Shown: one piece after another, positions 54,267 through 64,000 of the stretch | Layout: the number at the start of each line of letters is the position of its first letter | Position numbering within the stretch: the first letter of the stretch is position 1 | NCBI GenBank assembly: GCA_951406725.2 | Contig: OX597827.1 | Coordinates: forward strand, 68,386,001 to 68,450,000 | DNA from: Octopus vulgaris | Taxonomy: Eukaryota | Direction of reading: 5' to 3' | DNA length: 64,000 bases | Translations under genes and position numbers: made by a program | Notes under the pieces: generated by a model | What the model saw: the letters and a program-made list of their open reading frames with translations, nothing else | Told to the model about the DNA's origin: nothing | The model's database searches: none

Positions 54267-54676
54267 GGATCTTTTCGGTTTGAACGGCAGTTTTTAACAT
54301 AATTTCTAGGTAACTAAAAAAAATTTAAACTTCGTATACTGGTAGAATGTGTTTATAAAACATCTTTTTTCTCTTGGCTTTATTAAGAAAATTCTATAGT
54401 TAGTAAGATATTTGTTTTTTTTTCTTCAATTTCTGCAATTTCAACCAACCAATGACGTGTATTGAGGTTATAAACATTCTGTGCCGTATGAATATGTCCC
54501 TCGTTTAAGAAACAGATTGGGTTTATTTACATTTGTGAAGAAAAAAAGATACCCTTCCCCCCATCCCTAACCCTAAAACAGATTGAAATGCAATAGATCG
54601 ATATTGGGTCATAATTATGGGTGACAATTTCATATGACACCGCTAGAAAAAACTTCCGTTCAAACCGAAAAGATCC
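54267..54676. mobile_element. MITE with 29-bp TIRs nested in or adjacent to an older relative (53762-54266)
   Basis: ggatcttttcggtttgaacggcagttttt / aaaaacttccgttcaaaccgaaaagatcc; internal sequence homologous to 53762-54260. Confidence 0.8.
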
Positions 54677-54712
54677 CTAACCCCTAATCCTCAGGGAAGG
54701 AAAGAAAGGTTC

Positions 54713-54745
54713 TTTAACGTTTCGAGCAAAGCTCTTCTTCAGAAA
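54713..54745 (-). ncRNA. Minimal hammerhead-like motif
   Basis: ttt-CTGAAGA-a-gagc ttt gctc-GAAA-cg-TT-aaa; related to 21069-21104. Confidence 0.5.
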
Positions 54746-54818
54746 CAGTTGACAGAGGAAAGTCCAAGAAGAAAGGAAGACAGAGGGAATAAATCGCCAA
54801 CAATCCACAAGTAGATGC

Positions 54819-54854
<36 letters not shown>

Positions 54855-54978
54855 GAAGGAGTGGCTCAGTCATTCTTGGCTTTCTTTCATCAGTCAAGTC
54901 CCAGAAGTCACGACTATTTCAGGCACACACACACACACATATATATATATATCCGGATGGATATATAGATCTGGATGT

Positions 54979-55030
<52 letters not shown>

Positions 55031-55550
55031 ACATCCAGATCAATCCGGCCTCTTGAGCCAGCTTTGGTCATTTGACCATTAAGTGACGTATCGCTGTAGT
55101 ATGGACCAGAATATATTTTTTTCATAAAAAAAAAAAAATAGAAACCGGCAACCCACTCCCTCCCTCCCTCCACCTCCCACCTGTTAAGTGGGTAATTCGA
55201 ATAATTAACCACCCCTCCACCTTCACCAACATCTCCTCTTCCCGCCCGGCCGCCCGCCAGCCCCCACCCCCCATACTTTGTCCTTACCCTTACCATAGTG
55301 GATTAGCTTTCAGTCATTTTTGAAACTCGCTGGTAATTTTCCTGTCAGAAGGTCTCAGTTTTTTGTCTCATTTTTCTGGCTGCCATTGCTGTTGAGGTGG
55401 CGGTGGTGTTGCAGTTGTTGTTGTTGGTTGTTGCTGTTGTTGTTGTTGTCAACTTTTGCTGTTCTTTTTATTCGCTCTTCGGTTACAGAAATAGAAATTT
55501 CGCGGAAGTATTTCATTTATGTATGTTTATTTACATCTCTAACCCTAAGT

Positions 55551-55582
<32 letters not shown>

Positions 55583-55789
55583 ACGTGTGCATGGGTGTGT
55601 GTGTGTGTGTGTGTGTATTGGTATAGGCGTTTTTGCACGGTAGTGTGTAACTGGGTCCGTGTATCTGTATTAGTGTATGTGCACGAGCGTGGGCGTTTGT
55701 GAGGGTGTATATGTGTGCACAGGTTTTAAGAGAAAGCGTGGATATGTGTGTGTGTGTACGTGTATTCGTTTATATTTGAGTAAAAATTC

Positions 55790-56410
55790 AGAGGAAGGGA
55801 GGGGGAGAGAGAGAGAGGAAGGAAGAGAGAGGGAGAGATGGGAGGGAGAGAGTGGGAGAGAGACGGAGAGGGAGAGAGAGGGTGGGTGATAGAGAGATAG
55901 AGAGAGGGGAGAGAGAGGAAGAGATGGGAGGGAGAGAGAGGGAGGAAGAGATGGGAGGGAGAGAGAGAGGGAGTGGGAGAGAGGGAGGGAGAGAGATAGA
56001 GGGGGAGAGAGGGAGGGAGAGAGATAGAGAGAGATAGAGGGAGAGAGAGGGTAGGTGATAGAGAGATAGAGTGATAGAGAGAGAGTGACAGAGAGTGACA
56101 GAGAGTGATAGAGAGAGTGTGACAGAGAGAGAGAGAGAATGATAGAGAGAAAGAGTGATAGAGAGAGAGAGTGATAGAGAGAGAGAGTGATAGAGAGAGA
56201 GAGTGATAGAGAGAGTGTAAGAGAAAGAGAGTGATAGAGAGAGAGACAGAGAGAGAGTGACAGAGAGAGAAAGTGACAGAGAGAGAGTGATAGAGAGAGA
56301 GTGTGATAGAGAGGGAGAGAGTGATAGAGAGAGAGTGTGTGATAGAGAGAGTGTGATAGAGAGAGAGAGATAGAGAGAGAGAGATAGAGAGAGAGAGGGA
56401 TAGACAGGAT
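55790..56410. repeat. Polypurine (GA/GGA/GAGTGATA) tract
   Basis: Direct reading. Confidence 0.92.
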
Positions 56411-56844
56411 AGACAAGTTTAGATTCCAAGCTGTGTCCTCTTGAAGAACACTCCTATTCACAAATGAAACACGTGTAAAAGTGAATAAATTACATCTTTT
56501 ACCTTTTCCTTGTTCCTATCCTTAGACTGTGGTCATGCTGCGGTACCAAAACCTATTTTTGCCATCTTGTTTTGATATATTCCGTCTTTCACATTAAATT
56601 TGTTTACCTTCGAACGTCCAATCTGTATTGTTTTGTTTGCTCGAAGCCCTAATTCTCCGCAAATTTTGCGGGCGCCGCCGATATGCAAAGTTCTGAGTTT
56701 TATCGTTAAAGGCATGAAACTGTGTATTAATATTTCGGTCGATAACTGATAAAGATTTAGGGTCCTTCTGTGTCTGTCCTACGTATAAAGATTAAAATCA
56801 TGTTACGGATAATTATCAGATAGTTAGCATAGAAATAAACAATT

Positions 56845-56876
<32 letters not shown>

Positions 56877-56917
56877 GAATAGGACTGATAGAATAAACAC
56901 ACCAGACTCAAACAATA

Positions 56918-56961
<44 letters not shown>

Positions 56962-56990
56962 TATAATTATTGTTTGAGTCTGGTGTGTTT

Positions 56991-57032
<42 letters not shown>

Positions 57033-57206
57033 ATTATAATTATTGTTTGAGTCTGGTGTGTTTATTCTATCAGTCCTTTTTCCGAAATCGCCAAGTTGCA
57101 AGGACATAAACAAACCAGCACCAGCTGCCAAATGGTGATATGTATAATTATTGATTTAATATATATATGCCCAACCCAACATATACATACGTATATATAT
57201 ATGTAT

Positions 57207-57239
<33 letters not shown>

Positions 57240-57295
<56 letters not shown>

Positions 57296-57314
57296 CAGAT
57301 ATATATATATATAG

Positions 57315-57347
<33 letters not shown>

Positions 57348-57546
57348 CAGATATATATATAGATAGATAGATAGACAGATATATATATAGATAGATAGAT
57401 AGACAGATATATAGATAGATAGATAGACAGATATATATAGATAGACAGATATATATATATATATAGATAGACAGATATATATATATATATAGATAGATAG
57501 ATAGATAGATAGATAGACAGATATATATAGATATATAGATAGATAA

Positions 57547-57604
<58 letters not shown>

Positions 57605-57605
57605 G
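57240..57605. repeat. (GATA)/(TA)/(GACA) compound microsatellite
   Basis: Direct reading. Confidence 0.92.
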
Positions 57606-58804
57606 GAGAGAGAGAGGGAAGGAGAGAGGTAAAGAGAAAGAGAGAGACTGAAAGAGACAGAGAGAAAGACAGAGAGAGAGACAGAGGAAGAGAGACAGAG
57701 AGAGAGACTGAGTGAATGAGCAGGAGAGTTGAAGGGGTAGATGCCACTGGCAAATGAAAGACTTAAGACGTAAAAATCGTAAGGAATAAATTACGTATGC
57801 TCTTTTAATTATTCGTGATACACTGCCGTGTTTCGATCTTCTGTTCGTTAAAGTTCGTTAAAGTTCGGAAATTATGAAATTCCACTTTGGGGAATTTAGA
57901 AGAAAAATACTATTAAAAAATAAAGAGAGAATATATAGACAAGGTTTAGGAGAAGAGAATATCTTTAACAAGGAGTTTTCCGTCTGGATTATCTTAAAAC
58001 CAACCAGAGTTATTTGAAGACATACATATGTATAGAGGTGCAGAAGGGATGAACAAAAGCTAAACGAAAAAAAAAGAGGGAGAGATGGGTTGGGAGAAAG
58101 ATCCAAATATATCTATGGCAGTAAATTAGAAGAAAAAGACGAAAAGGGCAAAGATAAAAAAAAGCTTTATCAACAACATTCAAGCTGAGGTAAAAAGTCG
58201 GTTTCCTTGCGCTGAAGGTTTTGTTCCGTAGATTTTCTTTCAAACGGATTTTAATGGGAAAAAGATGTACACTTGTATGTCGGATAAGATGGAAATACAG
58301 TAAGGAGGATGAGAGAGAGATTGGGGGAATGAATAGCTGCGAAAAAGAAAAAAATGATTTAATAAAAGCTTCAAATAGAATGAAGAGATATGAAAAAGGA
58401 AATGAGAAAAAAACGAAAGTTAGTGTTGAGGGGGTGAAAACAAAAAGCAGAGTGCGGAAAATGAATAGGCCTAAGAGTGATTGTAAGACTAAGTGTGCTA
58501 GGGAAGGTCGTTGACTTGATAAATGTATAAAAATAGTAACAATATATCTAGCAGAAGTGTTTGAAATCAAAGTAAGATACCTTAAAATATTCTTGCTGGT
58601 GCAAAGCGTACGTTTTTTTTAACCGGTGTTTTTGTAAAATATGTTCCCGTAAAATTATTGGTCCTTTATAACGCTTACATTTTTTATAATGTTTGTGTTA
58701 ATGTTGTAATATTGTTAAGTTTCATAATTAAATAAAAGAACAGTGTTATTTTAATAATAATGATATTTCAGTAGTAATTAAGTAAATTACAACATATATA
58801 TATA

Positions 58805-59473
58805 TTTTTCTTTATTGCCCACAAGGTGCTAAACATAGAGGGGACCAACAAGGACAGATAAACGGATTCATTCGATTACATTGACCCCAGTGCGAAACTG
58901 GTACTTTATCTATCGACCCCGAGAGGATGAAAGGCAAAGTCGACCTCGGCGGAATTTGAACTCACAACGTAACGAAAGACGAAACACCGTTAAGCATTTC
59001 ACCCGGCGCGCTAACGTGTCTGCCAGCTCGCCGCCTTTTTAAGTAAAGTATAACATATATATTGTAATTTATACGCAGGCAGGGATTCCCTCTACGTTGA
59101 CCCTTATAGCACTCCTTCCACCATATATTGACAACATCACTTCTTCCTCGTTCTTTAATATTGTTGACGATCTCAAACTTGTACTACCTACATCATTAAA
59201 TTGGACTTTAATTTTACCAAAATTTACTGCCTCTTGTTAAATACCTAATATCCGTTACCCACAAGGGGCCAAACACAGAGAGGACAAACAAGGATAGACA
59301 AACGGATTAAGTCGATTATATCGACCCAGTGCGTAACTGGTACTTATTTAATCGACCCCGAAATGATGAAAGGCATAGCCGACCTCGGCGGAATTTGAAC
59401 TCAGAACATAACGGCAGACGAAATACGGCTACGCATTTCGCCCGGCGTGCTAACGGTTCTGCCAGCTCGCCGC
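58805..59473 (-). mobile_element. Two monomeric SINE family A (A1) copies (58805-59036, 59255-59473)
   Basis: Reverse complement of the family-A monomer. Confidence 0.85.
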
Positions 59474-60813
59474 CCCAGACAGTTGTTATTTAACAAACAA
59501 AAATTTATGCATGAATGTTTATAAATATGATTTAGACTTTGTTGTGAAGTCACAAATTAATTTTTCTTGGTTTTGTGCAATGGATAATGTTAGCTTAGGT
59601 TAAAAAATAATAAAAAAGAGAAAAGGTTATGTATAAAGGCTGAAGTACAAAAGGTTGGGAACAACAAAAAATGAAGAAAATAGAAGAAAAAGAAGAGACA
59701 GCAGAAGAAAGGAATATATTTAGAGTTCAAATAAGAAGCAAGAGAAAGGATGATTTAAGAAAATTAAGAAATTAATATACGCGTAGATGATTTCGTAATC
59801 TCCATATCAAAAGACCAAAAGGATAGGCATCTACCTATCCTTTTGTTCCATTATATATATATATATATATATATATATACAACATACACCAGCTTAATCG
59901 ATTCATTGCCTATAACCAATCTTTATTCAGGCAGCTATAAACTATAACATCCCTGTGTTAAAAGCTGGAGTATAAGCGCAATTCGAACTAAACATGAATT
60001 ATATGTACCCTTTGTCTTATGTCATTTGACATCGTATTAACCAGAATTTACCAATAATGTATGCGATTCAGAGATGGATGAAGTGAAGGAGGGTGTAGGT
60101 AAATTATGAAGTGTAAGGGGAGAGTTTTATTGTGTAATATCTGGGACTTATTTAGCAGTTTCGTTCTTGTGTTTTCGATTGGTTTTTCGTGGTGGGGTTG
60201 TATAAAGTGGCGATCAATAATTAAAAGAAATATATGGAAATTAGTAAGTGATAATGGAATACGGGAACAGATAAAAAGAATTACTTCATGGCTGTGTGGT
60301 TAAGAAGCTCGCTTTGAAATCACATCATTTCGGGTTCAATCCTACAGCTTGGCAACTTGGAAAACATCTGCTATAGCTCCGGAATGACCAATACCGTGTG
60401 AGTAAATTTGGTATACGGAAAGTGTGTAGAAGCCCATAGTACAAATAAATATTTGTAATTATAGATCGTATGCAAAAAGAGAAAAACCGTGAGTGGGAAG
60501 AAGTGAGTAACTCTGTTGTGTTTTTCTCATACGCAATGTGTAACTAATTAACGTTGGGCTACTCTCACGATTTCGTAGTAAATACGAAAGTATGTTTGCA
60601 GACTGAAGCAAGCTCAAAATTCTTGTTAGTTATATTGCCATGATAAAGCAAGGCTCTGCAGTTCTCAGAGATGCATAAATCGCAGAAGCTCGAGATTTTA
60701 CTGTAAGCTTCAGATATAATAACTTGTAAACTTATCGTTGAATTCCCAAATGTACTCGGCAAGTTAATATGATTACGCCCGAATGCATTTCAGAAAGTGA
60801 CACCCTATATTAC

Positions 60814-60858
<45 letters not shown>

Positions 60859-61242
60859 ACTCCCTCTCTCCGCTCTCCCCCCTTTCTTTCCCTGTCTTTC
60901 ATCCTCTAAGAAAACAAACATCATTAAAATATGTATAACGCAAAGAAAAGAAAGATTTAATAACCGTTGCATCAATTATGTTAATACGGACTTAACTATT
61001 GTTTTGTGATGAGGATGGCGTGTGTGAATCATTTATTCTCTAAGCAACTGTAAGTTCTTCTCTCAATTTACTCGCAGACTTATTCACGATTCCCTCACCC
61101 CTATTTTGACTTGTGTAGCAAAATTAAAAATTCATTGATTACGTCATAATATGGCTTTAAAATTTATAGACTTATCTCTTCTACTTTTCGAAAAGAAAAA
61201 CAAAACTATTTTGCATTTTCTAATAGTTGTTTTGTTATATTT

Positions 61243-62848
61243 TGTTGCCCTGCTCTCCTGTTGTTGGCCTGCTCTCCTGTTGCCCTTCTCTCCAGTTGGC
61301 CTGCTCTCCACCTGGCCTGATCTCCAGATGGCCTGCTCTCCAGCTGGCCTGCCCTGCAGCTGGCCTGCTCTCCAGCTGGCCTGCTCTCCAGCTGACCTGC
61401 TATCCAGCTGGCCTGCCCTCCAGTTGGCCTGCTCTCCAGCTGGCCTGCCCTCAAGTTGGCCTGCTCTCCAGCTGGCCTGCCCTCCAGCCGGCCTGCTCTC
61501 CAGTTGGGCTGCTCTCCATTTGTCATACTCTCCAGTTGACCTGCTCTCCAGATGGCCTGCTCTCCAGTTCGGCTGCTCTCCCTTTGACTTGCTCTCCAGC
61601 TGGCCCGCTCTCCAGCTTGCCAGACCTCCAGTCGGCCTGCTCTCCATTTGATTGCTATGGACTGCTCCAGTTGTCCTGCTTTCCAGCTGGCCTGCTCTCC
61701 AGTTGGCCTGCTCTCCATTTGATTGCTCTCCAGCTGACTAGCGTCCAGCTGACCTGCTCTCCAGCTGACCTGCTCTCCAGCCGGCCTGCTCTCTAGTTGG
61801 CCAGCCCTCCAGTTGGCCTGATCTCCAGCTTACCTGATCTCCAGCTGGCTTGCTACCCAGTTGGCCTGGCCTCCATTTGAAATGCTCTCCAGCTGGCCAA
61901 CCCTCCAGTTGGCCTGCTCTCCAGCTGGCCTGTCCTCCAGTTGACCTGCTCTACAGTTTCGCTTGCTATCCAGTTGGCTTGCTCTCCTTTTGGCCAGCCC
62001 TCCAGTTGGCCTGCTCCCCAGCTGGCCTACTCTCCAGCTGACCTGCTCTCCAGTTGTACTGCTCTCCAGTTTCGCTTGCTATCCAGTTAGCTTGCTCTCC
62101 TCTTGGCTTGCTCACTTGTTGGCCTGATCTCCAGCAGGCCTGCTCTCCAGTTGGTCTCCTCCCCAGCTGGCCTGTTCTCCAGCTGGCCTGCTCTCCAGTT
62201 GTCCTGCACTCCATTTTCGCTTGCTATCCAGTAGGCTTGCTCTCCTTTTGGCTAGGCTTCCAGTTAGCCTGGTCTACTCTCCAGCTGGCCTGCTCTCCAG
62301 TTGTACTGCTCTCCAGTTTCGCTTGCTATCCAGTTGGCTTGCTCTCCTGCTCTTTAGTTGTCCTGCTCTCCAGTTGGCTTGCTCTCCTTTTTACGTGCTC
62401 TCCAGTTGGTCTGCTCTCCTTTTGAACTGCTCTCCAGTTGGCTTGCTCTCCTTTTGGCCTGCTCTTATTTGGCTTGCTCTCCTTTTGACTTGCTCCCGAG
62501 TTTGCCTGTTCTTATTTGGCTTGCTCTCCTTTTGACTTGCTCCCCAGTTTTCCTGCTCTCCATTAGCTTACTCTCCTTTTAGCTTGTTCTCCTTTTAATT
62601 CGCTTTCCAGTTGGCCCGCTCTCCTTTTAGCTTGCTCTCCTTTTGACTTGATCTCCTTTTCGCCTGCTCTCCAGTTTGCTTGCTGTCGTTTTGGCTTGCT
62701 CTCCTTCTGGCTTGCTCTCCAGTTGGTCTGCTCTCCAGCTGGCCTTCTCTCCATTTGGCTTGCTCTCCAGTTGTCCTGTCCTCCATTTTGGCTTGCTCTC
62801 CTTTTTAGCTTGCTCTCCTTTTGATTGCTCTCCAGTTGGTCTGCTCTA
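61243..62848. repeat. GC-rich 16-bp minisatellite, ~100 units, consensus CTCCAGCTGGCCTGCT
   Basis: Direct periodicity; drifts to ctccttttggcttgct distally. Confidence 0.92.
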
Positions 62849-63231
62849 CATACATACATATATACATTTTTATGTGTATTGTACATTTGCTTATAGATAC
62901 ATATACATACATACTTGCATATATAACTGGCGCTACGTCGGTTATGACGACGGAGGGGTTCCAGTTGATCCCATCAATGGAACATCCCTCTCGTGAAATT
63001 AATGTGCAAGTGGCAGACTATTCTACAGACACGTACGACCTTAACGTAGTTCTCAGGGACAAGGCTGGCCCTTTCAAATATAGATACTACTTTTTTCTTG
63101 CCGGGTGAATGGAATGGAGCAACCTGAAATACAGGGTCATGCTCACGGACACAACGCGTCGCCGGGAATTGAACTCACGACTTTGAAATCGTAAGCCGAA
63201 TGCCCTAACCAACTAAGCCACGAGCTTTAAC

Positions 63232-63312
<81 letters not shown>

Positions 63313-63403
63313 CAATTTGAGGGTAAAATTAATTAATTATTAATCAATTTCACCAAGTATTCACTATGTAAAGGGACCATTTTAGGCGAATTCAAAATAT
63401 TAC

Positions 63404-63746
63404 ATTATATATAAGGGCTTAGTAAAATAAATTACTTTGCCACATACTGAACTCATTAGAAATAGCAGCTAAAGAAATTTCTTTAGCTATTTCTAATACT
63501 TAAAGAAGATCTCTCTCAGATAGTGTTTGCTCAAACCAACTCACAAAGGTATGGGGGAAAAAACATTAAAAAATCTTTGTGAGTTGGTTTGAGCAAACAC
63601 TATCTTTGTGAGTTGGTTTGAGCAAACACTATCTGAGAGAGATCTTCTTTAAGTATTAGAAATAGCTAAAGAAATTTCTTTAGCTGCTATTTCTAATGAG
63701 TTCAGTATGTGGCAAAGTAATTTATTTTACTAAGCCCTTATATATA

Positions 63747-63748
<2 letters not shown>
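63404..63748. repeat. Perfect 145-bp inverted repeat with a 29-bp tandem duplication in the spacer
   Basis: Arms 63404-63548 and 63604-63748; ctttgtgagttggtttgagcaaacactat at 63575 and 63604. Confidence 0.9.
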
Positions 63749-63777
<29 letters not shown>

Positions 63778-63932
63778 TTGATAAAAAAAGGTAAGACAAC
63801 AAAAGTAAGAAAGAGACCCCGATATTATGTAAATAGAGGAATTTATATGTAAATGTAATATGTGACAATTATTTGGTAGCCATGATAAAACTCCGAGTTT
63901 CGGATGCTTGGGCGGAAGTTTTCCGATGGCCG

Positions 63933-63993
63933 GATAACTGAAGAGATGGCGGTGTGGATTTCCACCTCGGCATCCGAAACACAGAGTTTTATC
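63933..63993 (+). ncRNA. Type I hammerhead-like motif with long stem II; partial inverted copy at 63877-63907
   Basis: gataa-CTGAAGA-gatggcggtgtgga tt tccacctcggcatcc-GAAA-cacagag-TT-ttatc. The inverted copy gives stem III as ctc-g-gag. Confidence 0.62.
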
Positions 63994-64000
63994 ATGGCTA

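Noticed and set aside
57790-58590. 186-aa minus-strand ORF / possible old LINE RT remnant
   Set aside because: Purine-skewed decayed sequence with no diagnostic motif I can verify; not called.
61144-62996. RAGQLES/WPALQL repeat proteins
   Set aside because: The 16-bp unit is not a multiple of 3, ORFs occur in many frames on both strands and are broken by stops; this is a minisatellite.

Overview
AT-rich, microsatellite-saturated animal genomic DNA. The repeat landscape (very long (TA)n, (AAT)n, (GATA)n tracts and several abundant tRNA-derived SINE families) is most consistent with an octopus or other coleoid cephalopod; this is inference. The only host gene I can support is the 3' half of an MMP21-like matrix metalloproteinase on the + strand, with four coding exons (1461-1757, 2813-3067, 5615-5790, 9175-9507). 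The rest is mobile DNA: tRNA-SINE families with swapped heads and tails, TSD-flanked SINE trimers, non-autonomous Helitrons, mariner/MITE elements, RTE, CR1-like and Dong/R4-like LINE fragments (the latter piled up in (AAT)n tracts), and a 16-bp minisatellite. The most striking unannotated signal is a set of Penelope-type minimal hammerhead ribozyme motifs from about 6-7 unrelated repeat families. One family is a tRNA-headed element (Pol III A/B boxes + microsatellite + hammerhead). It occurs as stand-alone TSD-flanked insertions and also directly after the stop codon of a Penelope GIY-YIG ORF remnant, so it looks like a SINE/retrozyme built into a Penelope 3' end. All folds and alignments were done by eye; no searches were run.
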